From the NCBI RefSeq assembly GCF_006345805.1, contig NC_043011.1, positions 51,906,464 to 51,970,463 on the forward strand: a DNA stretch of 64,000 nucleotides, written 5' to 3'. The position numbers and the translations under genes are program-made. Origin of the DNA: Octopus sinensis. Lineage: Eukaryota. Position 1 is the stretch's first letter. The number at the start of each line of letters is the position of its first letter. The notes under the pieces were generated by a model. That model worked only from the letters and a program-made list of their open reading frames with translations, ran no database searches and had not been told where the DNA came from. This document shows, in pieces, positions 52,476 through 64,000 of this stretch.

Positions 52476-52942
52476 AGTTATAATCAAAGTTGTTTTGTCC
52501 ATGGCCATCCCACCTTTTTATCCATCTGGACTACACTGTTTATGTTCACCATTGATTAATACTGTTACTACATTGCACAAAAATACCTACACCTGGTTTA
52601 AGACAGTAGTGGCTGATTTGAAGAAATTTGGTTGCTATTTCTAGCAAGTTAATCAACCATGTAGAAGTTTGTTGTAATTTAGCCCCTGATCAGTCCTAAT
52701 CCAGCAGGCCTTTGATCAAAGGCTTTCCAATGGTGACCATTCTGTCTTTTTGTGTATCTAAAACTACATTGTCCAATGTGTCTTCCTCATCTAAGGTGAT
52801 CATCCTGTCTTTTTGTATAGTCTTTGATTGTTATTTCTAACATATAGAGGCTCTAGTTACTACTACCAATGAATTGTGTTTTAAATCTTGGTTCTTTTTC
52901 ATAACTACACAGCTTCAGAATTATAGTTCATGTAGGTAATAA

Positions 52943-53136
52943 GATTCAGTGGTTCTCATTTTTTTAACAAGGACCATAACAACATAAGGAAAATGTTTAT
53001 AAATGGGTTGTGAAACCTGGCCTCAAACTCCACTCAATATGATTCAGCGATTCTCATTTTCTTCACAGGAACCATAACAACATAAGGAAAATGATTAAAA
53101 CTAGGTTGTGAAACCTGGCCTCAAACTCCACTCAAT
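52943..53136. repeat. Two-copy tandem duplication, 98-bp period
   Basis: GATTCAG...GTTGTGAAACCTGGCCTCAAACTCCACTCAAT starts at 52943 and again at 53041, with a few substitutions. Confidence 0.9.
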
Positions 53137-53503
53137 GGGAGTTTTGATTTTCTCTCTTCGGGGCAGTGAATATCATTGTTTAAATTGAAATAGTGCTGGC
53201 ATGATGCCAATGGCCCTTGAAACAAGAATGAGTAATTTGACAATTTAAATATGGAGAGAATGAAGTTAGCCAATCAGTGTGAACCTCATGAAATATAAAA
53301 TCTCCAAGTTCTGTTATCATTAGTGAGAAGCTATTATTCACATAGGATATTTTGGAAGTAATCCAACAACCACAGTAACAAAAGTGATAAACCTTCCACT
53401 ATACAAACTCTTATATTATCTGTATTCTCTTTAGCATATGAAGATATTCCAAGTAGTCGTCAACAAATAATAACCATGATATATATGCTTTTATTCTTTT
53501 ACT

Positions 53504-53534
<31 letters not shown>

Positions 53535-54532
53535 GTGTGTGTGTGTGTGTGGTGTGTGTGTGTGTGTGTGTCAGTTACTACGAGTATGACTTATGCTGGG
53601 GCACCAGATATCAAAATTTTAGTCAGATTATATCACTCCCAGTTCTTGTTTAGTACATAAGAGAGAAAGGGCAAAGTTGACCGTGGCATGTAGGGATATA
53701 ACTTTGGAAAAAAATAGAACAAAATAGTTATTGCTTGACATTGGTTCCTTCATCCCTCATAGACACACACACACACAACCAATGAGATTCTGCACAAATT
53801 TTGTTCAGAATTCTTTGATTGATTCAAAGCCATGATAGAAGTTCCATGCCGAAAGTGCTGCCTAGTAGGATTAAACTAGGAATCATGTGGTTACTTTTTA
53901 ACCATGTGACCAAAGCTCCTGTTCATATGATTTTTTTTTTTTAATAAGACAAGAGAACAATAGTGGTAAAATCTGTTTAGTTTTTCTCTGGAAGCATTAT
54001 TATTTAAATATATTCAAAGAACTCAAATGAAAACCACTAGAATGAATGTTAGTCAACATTATAGCCTTAATAAGCTCTAATCATGAAATGAAATATCTAA
54101 AATAAATTGTTAAATGTAAACAATAGCAGTTTCATTACTATAAGTTCAGAAATGTATAACTGCATCTAAAAAATAAGCAGGGTCTGACATTCAAATCAAC
54201 CAATAAATATTTTTTTATCATTGTTATTTTTGAGAATAAATAAACTATAAAATTGCTTAAAGAATAGTTCTTATATACTGAAATAATTCATTACAAACAA
54301 GTTATTTGTATCTCAGTTTATTAAAAAGAAATTTTGAAAAATAAATATTAAAAAAATGTAGTCTAAAGAACTAGTGGTGGTTTGGGTCAGAAAAAATTAT
54401 TTTGCAAAATTTGGAAATTTATATAAGTTTGTGTTTGCTGGAGAGATGCAAATAGTTGAGGTTTCAAGGAAGCTTTTCATCAAAGAGAAAAGATTTTCCT
54501 ACTATATTTCTGTTGAAATACATGGCCTTTGT

Positions 54533-54769
54533 TTAACCCTTTTGATACCAACCTGCATGAGACCACTCCTAGTTCTATGATATAAATTCCATGATGAAAT
54601 AACCTAAATTATATTCATTCCATCAAAATGCTATGTTAATTTATATTCTAAACACCAGCTTAATAATGGCAAAATTATTTTACTAAATTCTTAATTATTT
54701 TCAAATAATTAAGAATACTTGAAACAAAGATAGTATATTTCACTAGAAATATGGTAACAGAAAGGTTAA
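54533..54769 (-). mobile_element. piggyBac-like TTAA MITE (family 1) nested in an older copy of the same family
   Basis: TTAA at 54533-36 and 54766-69. The flanks (~54490-54532 and 54770-54930) rejoin into a + strand copy. Confidence 0.8.
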
Positions 54770-55067
54770 ATTAGTTTTGAAAAAAATTCAGCAAAATAAC
54801 TTTGTCATTGTTAGACTAAAGTTTGGAATAAAACTTGTTGTAGAATTTTGACAGAAAGCTTTAATTTAGATTATTTTAAAGCAAGGGGTTTGTATCATAG
54901 AACCAAGGGTTGTCTTAGAAAGGTTGATATAATAAAAAAAAGAGTCCCATGTTCATGTAGCACTAAAAATAAACTAATCCAAATTTGCAATAAACTAAGA
55001 TTAAAATGACATTACAGCAATAAGCAACAAAATAATAATAATAATAATAATAATGATAATAATAATA

Positions 55068-55630
55068 GGTACCGGGTGTTTGGTACCAACATACACCAGA
55101 AAAGGTAATGGTTGGAAAGGGGAAGGCAAAAATCCTCTAGGACTTTGACTTTCACACACACAGTGGTTACTATATCCGAAGGCTGAATATAGTAATCTTT
55201 AGGAGGGACAAACAAGAGTACCTAATAATTGACATGGCAGTACCAGGAGATCAACATATTACCATGAAAGAAACAGAAAAGATTGATAAATATGGAGACC
55301 TGAGAATTGAGAATTGAGATTGTCAAGATGTGGCAGTTACAAGGTTATCCCTGTTGTCCCTAAAGGTTGTCCCTGTTGTCATTGGAGAATTGGGTTCAAT
55401 ACCACCCATACTGAAGAAATGTCTGGAAACTTTAGAAATGCCCTACAATCTAGGTGTATTGCAAAAATTGGCATTACTTGGAACTGCACACATATTGTGT
55501 AAAGTAGCCTGTCTGTCTGAGGTCTTTGTTGCGACTTCACAGATGGTATAACCCCCAGTAGACACAATATCTTCAATCACAACATCACGATATTGGATAC
55601 TGTGCAACGTCTTCAATAATAATAAATAAT
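55068..55630 (+). mobile_element. 3' end of an R4/Dong-like LINE (RLE domain) in (AAT)n
   Basis: WYQHTPEKVM..KGKAKIL*DFDF...IIDMAVPGDQHI.MKE.EKIDKYGDLRIE...VVPVVIGELGSIP...LQKLALLGTAHIL; (AAT)n on both sides. Confidence 0.85.
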
Positions 55631-55833
55631 GCTTTCCTATTTAGATACAAGGCCAGCAATTTTTATGGAAGGAGGTTAGTTGTTTCTATTAGCCCTAGTG
55701 CTTTACTGGTACTTATTTTATCAACCCTGGAAAGATAAAAGGCAAAGTTGACCCTGACAGGATTTGAGCTCAGAATGTAAAGAGTTGGAACAAATACTGC
55801 AAAGCATTCTTTCCAACACTAACAGTTTTGCCA
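55631..55833 (-). mobile_element. Family C SINE-like copy
   Basis: Homologous to the units of the 24231-26460 array. Confidence 0.75.
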
Positions 55834-57109
55834 CAATAATGAAATTAATTATATGGGATTAATGTGATTGTTAGGAAGGTGAGCTGTCTACAGGTTTGAG
55901 GTGTTGGATTGGTACCATGGCTACATTCACTGTTGGATAAACTGGTGATTTTTCTTTTTTCTTCTCTTTTCAGTCTTTTTCATTTCACAGTTCACTGAAA
56001 AAGATACTAAAACTGTCATGGTTCTCCATCAGCTTGAAAGTTTTATGATATAAAATAAAAAATTAATATCAAAATTAAGCATGCATTTTAGATGCATGAG
56101 TGCATCTAATTTAATGCAGTGAACGCTAAAAAGTTAATTAGAAATAATTAATATTGTGCAGTAAAAAAGGAATAACAATATTAGTTAATGACTATTATTA
56201 TCATATTTTTAATAAGTAGAAGAGAGGAGATAACTTTAGACATGCTTCTATATTATTCTGGCCTCATCAGTGAAGCATTGCCTTCATTTTGTTTGCAGAA
56301 ATAGTAATGAAATAATCACTCTCTAACTTGCTCATCCAAACTCAGTAGCAGATGCATGTGCTCTCCCCATCCTTTGAGTAAGTGTTTCCAGCTGTATTCA
56401 GACCGTCATTGATTGACTGCCACCCCTGGCTGAACTTTGAGACACATAAGCCTCCCAATAACCAAATTTGTTTCTGTTGCTGCTAACATGCATATGCATG
56501 CATGTGTGTGTGTTTTGTTCACTAGCAATTATATATGATTATGATTTGTTTTTCTAATGTTTTAAGAGTTGAAAAGTTCAACTCTTGACAAAAACTGAAG
56601 CAGAACAACCTTTCAGTTTGTTTGGTATTTTTTAATCTCTTTTTTTCTATCATATTACCAACATTTTTTGTGAATTACATTATCAATATCATCATCATTG
56701 TCTTGTTTCATATTTATTTTCATTAGGTATTGCGTTTCATTGATCATTAGAATAGTATTTCTTCTATCAAATATATAATGAGGAGGTAGAGAAATATCAA
56801 AGATGAAAATGAGAAGAGGGGGTGATGGCAAGAGTGTTTACATATGTCTATAATTAAATCTTTCATGTGTTGATTTCTTACATTGCTGTCAGGCCTCAGA
56901 CCTATAACATCAAGGTAATTAAGATTGTATGTAATGATGATGATGATGTCAATGCTGATGATGTTCATAAATGTTCCAGAGACATATCTCTGTGTTTGCT
57001 GTCTTAGAAATGTGCACCCAAGAAGCAAGAATTTGCTTTGCTGTTGTAGCACTATCACTGAGATATCTTTTGCATGAACTTTCAGAATCAGCATACATTT
57101 GTTAATAGG

Positions 57110-57200
57110 TAATCCTGATAATGGTGATTTTAGAAAGTCGTGCAGCCACTCTCCAAGTTTTCTGCCTATGCCAAGATCACACAGTTTGTGACATATCATA
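57110..57200 (-). mobile_element. Short CR1/L2-like RT fragment
   Basis: ICHKLCDLGIGRKLGEWLHDFLK resembles the L..KL...GI.G....W...FL..R motif. Confidence 0.5.
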
Positions 57201-57229
57201 CCATGATATATAGGAGTGGCTTATAGGCG

Positions 57230-57388
57230 CAAGAGTAGCTGTGTGGTAAATAGATTGCTTACCAACCACATGGTTCCAGGTTCAGTCCCATTGCCTGGTA
57301 CCTTAGGGAAGTGTCTTCTACTATAGCCTCAGGCCGACCAAAGCCTTGTGAGTGGATTTTGTAGATGGAAACTGAAAGAAGCCTGTCA
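57230..57388 (+). mobile_element. SINE family A, 5' module only
   Basis: Homologous to 32745-32905; runs into TA repeats. Confidence 0.8.
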
Positions 57389-58320
57389 TATATACATATA
57401 TATAAAATCAGAAAAAAAACAGATTATAAAATTAAAAGATTATAATGGCCTTATTTTTCAACTGATTTGCTCCAAACTGGGAACATACATTACTTTGTTA
57501 CAGGAATGGTTTTAGACTCTTAAAATTTTTCACATAGTGAGTAACAGGCCCTCTGGGGGTGGAAAACAGCTGTTCCTGGATTACGTGGAGAAGGGTAATA
57601 ACTCTTTGTGAAGTAACTTTCAGAAATTGATTGCCTCCCTTACATCCATTGGTCATAAAAAATTTTTAATATTGCTTTTTATATTAGATTCACGTCTTTG
57701 AAAGTTTTTTTTTTAATATTTACTTCTGGTTTTCTAGCATCAGTAATGTCTATATCTCTTTATCCTTCTCTCTATCTATCTCTATCTATCTATCCATCTC
57801 TCTCTATCTATCTGTCTATATCTTATTTCCTAACTAGCTAGCTAGCTCTATCTCACTCACTCTCTATTGTTTTCACTTTCATTTTTCAGATTCTATTGTT
57901 TTCACTTTAAGTTCAAGGCTATTGTTTTTACTATAAGTTTTCAATCACTCTTTACAAACAACAATGACAATATACTGACAGAAAGTTCACAATCACTGAT
58001 GAAAGTAATTTCATAACTTTTACTTAGTTAATTTCCCTAAAAATTTCTTATTTACTTTTGCAACAGTTTTGTGCATTTTCTGTTGTTAACAGCTTATTTC
58101 TGGTTCCTTCAATACTGGCTCTTTGATTCACTGACAAATTTCGCTTCAACCCGTACAATTATTTATTTTCTGTAAAAAATTTTTATTTACTTTCTGCCCA
58201 CCGTATTAAGAAATATAATTTCTGTTACCCAGTTATTTTCATTGTTTACTATTTTCTGCACCTGTCTATTTCTGTATGTATATAACTGTGCCTAGAAGGA
58301 AAGTGTCAAATTTGTCTACA

Positions 58321-58910
58321 ATGTCAAGGTCAGCCAAAAGAATATCTCTATCCAAAGAAAGAGAGACAGCTGCAGAAAGAGAAGCATACTAAGAAACAGA
58401 CAGTCTGTGTACTATAAAAGCCAGAGCATCTCAAAGTGATGAACAGAGGGATGTATGGCTGACAAGAATAGGATCTTCACTGCAGAACAAAGGGCAGTTG
58501 CAACAGTTCAGAGAAGCAACTTCTGTGAAGCAGCTTCCAATTATGATCCAGCAGTTCATTATGCAGATGGCACTAGAGTTTCCATTGGTACAATGACAAC
58601 TGAGTGCATACATTGTAAAGCAAGGAAGTGGCCTGGAGAGATATCTGCACTGTGCTGCAGAGGTGGAAAGGTTAAACTCCCTGCAATCCCCCAACCTCCA
58701 GAGCCATTGAAGAAACTGTTGTCTTCAACTGACCAAGATTCCAAACACTTCCAAAACAAAATTAGACAATACAATGCTGCACTACAGATGACATCATTTG
58801 GAGCCACAAGTGATTTAACCGAGCCAGGATCCATGCAAACTTTCAAGATCCAAGGTCAGATTTATTATCGGATTGGCTCTCTACTACCTCTGTCAAATGA
58901 ATCACCAAAA
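58321..58910 (+). pseudogene. Helitron Rep/helicase N-terminal fragment (frameshifted, 3'-truncated)
   Basis: ORF 58455-58931 has C..C.A.KW..E....CC.GGKVKLP...PPEPL..LL......HF...IRQYN.A..MTSFGA...FKIQGQIYY.IGSLLP. An upstream ATG at 58321 reads MSRSAKR...RASQSDEQR with a stop and a frameshift. Confidence 0.9.
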
Positions 58911-59029
58911 TCAACCTTTCATTGTTTATAATCTGTACCTGTCTTTTTGGTTATGAAATAGACTATACAAAATGTGTTTTTTGAATTACATGAATTTACT
59001 TTATATACTTATATTAGATATGTACGTAT

Positions 59030-59251
59030 GTATATATATATGTGTGTGTGTGTATGAATGTATGTATGTATATATATGTGTGTGTATGAATGTATGTATG
59101 TATGTATATATATATGTATGTATGTATATATATGTGTGTGTATGAATGTATGTATGTATGTATATATATATGTATGTATGTATGTATATATATATATATA
59201 TTATATATATATATGTATGTATGTATATATATGTGTGTGTATGAATGTATG

Positions 59252-59282
<31 letters not shown>

Positions 59283-59345
59283 GTGTGTGTATGAATGTAT
59301 GTATGTATGTATATATATGTGTGTGTATGAATGTATGTATGTATG

Positions 59346-59380
<35 letters not shown>

Positions 59381-59640
59381 ATGAATGTATGTATATATAT
59401 ATATATATATATATGAATGTGTGTATGAATGTATGTATATATATATGTGTGTGTTTATGAATATATGTATTATATGTGTATAATATATATATGTATATAT
59501 GTATGTATTATATATATGTAAGTATTATATATATATATGTATATATATATATATGTAAATATGTATAAGATATATGTATGTATAAGATATATATATGTGT
59601 GTATGTGTATGTATAAGTTATATATATATGCATACATACA
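59030..59640. repeat. Compound TA/TG/TATG microsatellite with recurring TGTGTATGAATGTATGTATG units
   Basis: Directly visible. Confidence 0.9.
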
Positions 59641-61519
59641 ATGGAGTTCCACTCCGTTTCCATCCACCAAATTCACTCACATGGCATTGATTGGCCTGAG
59701 GCCATGTAGTGAAACTGAACTCAAGAGCAGGTGGTTGCAAAGAGAGCTTTCTAATCACTCAGCCATGCTTGCACCTACATTATTTTTGTTTTGTATATTT
59801 TTCCCTGCATAATGTTTCACTTCTTAGCCTTTATTTTTTTCTTGATTGAGTATTGTAGATATGTTGAGGTTGGAGTATTGAAAGATATTGCGAAGCTTGG
59901 AGAGTTGAGGTGTGTTTTGAGGCTGACGTATTGGGGACTTTAGTGAGGCTGGTATGTAGTGGGGGGGGGACTGTCTGGTGCATGAGTGGGAGATTGAGGA
60001 GTATTGTGGCGCTGGTTTGTTGGAGTCTCTTGTGAGGCTGAAGTGTCGAGGTCTGTTTTTGTAAAGGCTGATGTGTTACAGGGTATTGTGAGTCTTGTAT
60101 GTTAAGAAGTATTATGAGACTGGAGTGATGGGAAGGAACTGGGCATGAGGCTGGAGCAATGATTGAGAGTGAGCTTGAAGTATTGGTGTGTTGGGAGGCA
60201 GAAGTGTTTTGAATATTGTGAAGCTGGAGTGTTATGAGGCTGGAGTGATGTCGTGTGGTTCCTAAGTTTGGTTATTATCAGACAAGAATGCCAGGATATT
60301 GATATGTTGGGGTAAATTTAGTATCTCTTGATGCAGCAAAATAGCTTCTTCAATCATTGTCTAAACTTAATGAAAAATTAATGATTTCTTTGTTTCTCTG
60401 ACTCTCCATGTCACACACATTCACTGTGTGTGTGTGCGTGCGCGTGCATGTATGCGCACATGTATTTGCAGATGCGTGTCTATGTTTGTGTGCCTGTGCG
60501 TTTGTCTCTGTCTCTTTCCCTCTCTCTGTCTCTCTGCATTTGCTTCTCTTCTCCCCTTCTGTCTTTGTGTGTGTGTATTTTTATAGATGGGTGTCTCTGA
60601 TTCGTGGGTGTGTGTATGCGTCTGTGTGTGAAGTATGAATGAGAAGAGCTGGTATTATATTTATATATGCTGAGTTGTATTGTCTGTGTATGAGCTTGCT
60701 GTGTGCATGCATTATATATGTGTGAGTGTATTATATATGTGTGTGTGTGTGCGTATGTATATGTGGTAGGGGTGATGGTGGGGACCTCTTGCACTGCAGT
60801 AGAACTATAAATGAAAACTTTCCAGGCAATTTTGAAGTGGGGAATGAAAACTAAAAGACTCGTTGCAGAGAGTGGAGATGTGGATAGAGGAGCAAGATGT
60901 GCGTGTGTGAGAGAGAGAGAGAGAGAGAATAAGAGAGTGGGAGGATGGGAGGGGCGGGAATGTATATGGGGGTGATGTGGGGGTGGAAGAGAAAAACAGA
61001 TAACACTTCTCAATGGAATTGGAAATAGATTGGATAAAATCACGTAAAATAAAAATTTGAATTAATAATAGTGACATAACAAGAACAACAACAACATTAG
61101 TAATAATAATGATTTCTTTAAGTAATAATAATAGTAATAATATTAATTGTTTTTTACTTGTTTGTTTTTTTTTTGTTTTTTTGTTTTTTCGTTTTTTTGC
61201 TAATATAACTAAAATAGTAATTTTCCACATTGGCACAAAACCAGAAATATATAGTAGAATACAGTGGATTAAATTGACCCCAGTGAATGTCTGTTATTTA
61301 TGTATGCTGTTGTTTAGCCCCAGATCAGTTCTGTTTCGAAAGAGTTCCAGCCATGATCATCCTGTCTTCTTTGGGGACATTTATTGTATTCTTGCCTTAT
61401 TTTCAAACACTAGGTTGTGGTCTTTGAAGGATTTGGTTAATGTTTCTAGTATATCACACTACCATGTGGTGGCCCTTTAATTTGCCTGACTGTTATTTTG
61501 CCCACAACCAAAACAATAA

Positions 61520-61575
<56 letters not shown>

Positions 61576-62141
61576 TCTCTCTCTCTCTCTCTCCTTCTCT
61601 CTCTCTCAGGGCAAAGACCCAAAATGTTAGCTTCTTTATCCCTCAAAGCAACTGAACTTACTGATACCTATGAGGTATAAACTTGGAAGATCACAACAGA
61701 CAGGGCTAAATACTGGAAGATATTTCATTTGATAATTTATTATTATCAAAGTAGGCAACTACTTTAATAAAATTGTTGTTGTTATTATTTAGCAGGGCAG
61801 CAAACTTGCAAATTTGTTAAATGTTGAAGAAAATGCTTTGCAATATTTTTTTTCTGGCTCTTTAAATTCTGAGTTCAGATCCTGCTGTAATTTTGTTTGT
61901 CTTCTTGCAAGGAAGCATCACCATCTTGTAACTGGTGTCATTCATTTTCCATCTTCCATGGAAACATGGCCAGCCACGGAGAAATATTACCTTGAAAACA
62001 GGTGGGGATTGATGACAAGAAGGACATCCAACTGGAGAAACTCTGCTTCAGTGAAATCTATCAGACCTATGCAAACATGTGAAGTGAACAGATGTTGAAA
62101 TAATGCAGTAATTTTATTATTTTCTTGGGCAGAACATGTTA

Positions 62142-62383
62142 TTCTCTACCTGCGACGATTTCATCTCAATCGAAGGAGAGGAGCTTTCTCCGTCCGGGTT
62201 GCGGATCCGTGGAACAAGCTGCCAGACGAGATGGTGAAGATGCCGACGACTGCTTTGTTCAAAGCCTCCCTTGACCTCAAGTGGCCTGAACTCTTTACAT
62301 GAACACCACCCTGTACTTAACTCCATGTCCCCCTACATGGCCTTGCTATTTGCTTTTGAGCCAAATTAACTAACTAACTAACT
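62142..62383 (+). mobile_element. Young 5'-truncated CR1-group LINE 3' end with (TAAC)n tail and 6-bp TSD
   Basis: Open frame 62144-62302 LYLRRFHLNRRRGAFSVRVADPWNKLPDEMV...FKASLDLKWPELFT*; ATGTTA at 62136-41 and 62384-89. Confidence 0.85.
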
Positions 62384-63051
62384 ATGTTACCATAGTTAAC
62401 CAGATTGTTTAATGCAAGCACAGGCATCATTTTTCAAGAAGCAGGCCACATGAGACATGGCTCATTGTCAGGCAGGCCAATTTACTGTATATGTATGAAT
62501 GTCAGTCATGGGTTATGAATCACTAAAGTTTTAAGTATGTATGAGACTAGAATTATGAAGTTGATACATTCAGTCTGGTCTAGCTCAGTCCTAAGCAAAA
62601 CATGGAGTTGTCCAGGACTAGAGTTATATAAGTGGATATGCGTGAGCAACATGATCTAGTCCTCTTAGCCCTGTGATGAAAAGCATATGTCTTTTTTTTT
62701 TTTTTTGTATTTTCCCTGCAGGCATTGTGAATATTTAAGACTCTTTTGTCAAATGTGTCCTTTGTTTTTAAAATAGCTGAGAGTTATATAAGGGGCACTT
62801 GGTTACTACTTTTAGTGAACTCTCTTATATTTGGTCTTATATCTCAGCATAGTAGGATCTAAAAACTAAATGTGTATCCATGGAATTATGAAGTAGCCGG
62901 ATGACATTGTTCAATCTGATCTAGCTTCTCAGCATTGTCCAAATTGAGTATAGTTCCATAACTCATATCTAGCTTAGTTTCTATGCTGAAGTAAAAAGAG
63001 AATCCTGACAGTTCAGGTCAAACCTTTTATCTAAAGGGGAAAATAATGCTT

Positions 63052-63277
63052 TTAAAACCCTTTAGCATTCACATTACTCTGTCAAATGTAATGTTTATTC
63101 ATTCTTATTGTTTTTAATTAATTGTGCATTATCTCATAACTTTGAGATTTCGATAATATGAATTTTTACTTTTAGAATAACATTCTAGGATAGGTGTGAG
63201 AGGCCAGATCTGGCTGGTTCAAACATAAAACAGAATAATAGGGTTGAATATGGCTGGTTTGGATACTAAAGGATTAA
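63052..63277 (+). mobile_element. piggyBac-like TTAA MITE (family 2)
   Basis: CCCTTTAGCATTC...CTAAAGGATTAA termini. Confidence 0.75.
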
Positions 63278-63680
63278 AGAATTTGAGATTTTACTGAGAA
63301 AGAATACTCTACATCATACAAACTTTAATGAAAAAAGGTGACAGATTAGAAGAACTGTTAGAGCAGCAGCGGAATAACTTGCAGTATTTGTTCCAGCTGT
63401 TTACATTGAGTTCATATCTTGTCAAGATCAAATTTGTCTTTCATTGATCTGGGCTTCATGAAGTAAAGTACCAGTCCAAGAGGATTGAGGGGCAGAAATA
63501 TTAGAACATGGATAAAAACTGCCTTGCAGTATTTATTCTGACTGTCTGTGTTCTGAGTTGACTTGCAATGACATTGGTGCCAAGCTGAATCAGTACCGAC
63601 CTTTCCTTTGGACTACATTGGTGATGGGGGAGAGACTTGCTGCTTGGGCAATTACTGGTCTTTCATGAAAAAAGTAAGCT

Positions 63681-64000
63681 CAGGAGTGGCTGTGTGGTAA
63701 GTAGCTTGCTTACCAACCACATGGTTCCGGGTTCATTCCCACTGCATGGCACCTTGGGCAAGTGTCTTCTACTATAGCCTCGGGCCGACCAAAACCTTGT
63801 GAGTGGATTTGGTAGATGAAAACTGAAGGAAGCCCGTCGTATAATGTATATATAAATATGTATGTGTGTGTGTATATGTTTGTGTGTCTGTGTTTGTACC
63901 CCCACCATCGCTTGACAACTGATGGTGGTGTGTTTATGTCCCCGTAGCTTAGCAGTTCAGCAAAATAGACCTATAGAATAAGTACTAGGCTTACAAAGAA
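63681..64000 (+). mobile_element. SINE family A, runs off the window
   Basis: Near-identical head to 32745; internal microsatellite followed by the 3' module. Confidence 0.9.

Noticed and set aside
62690-62760. Strong acceptor-like site (T-run...ccctgcag) as the next VPS41 exon
   Set aside because: The required phase-0 frame hits TGA at codon 3 and shows no similarity to the expected V..FGLYS segment.

Overview
AT-rich, intron-dominated animal genomic DNA. The repeat families and very dense microsatellites look like an octopus/coleoid cephalopod genome (inference, no database search). The only host gene I can support is part of VPS41 (HOPS subunit, N-terminal WD40 region) on the + strand: three phase-0 coding exons at 11259-11354, 13482-13559 and 45958-46032, separated by introns of about 2.1 kb and 32.4 kb. 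Its first exon(s) and next exon were not found in the window. Nearly all ORFs in the supplied track are microsatellite artefacts. The rest is layered mobile DNA: at least five SINE-like families, a decayed Penelope-like element (RT plus GIY-YIG), Helitrons, hAT and mariner transposase relics, piggyBac-like TTAA MITEs, Tigger/pogo-like MITEs, R4/Dong-like and CR1-like LINE 3' ends. The most notable signals are: (1) a near-canonical type I hammerhead ribozyme motif at 4033-4089, inside a perfect 64-bp-arm palindrome, plus two more degenerate hammerhead-like motifs; (2) a Tigger-type MITE at 38110-38773 that resembles my recollection of mammalian Tigger4/Zombi at the nucleotide level, a possible horizontal-transfer candidate; (3) several self-targeting or nested insertion structures.
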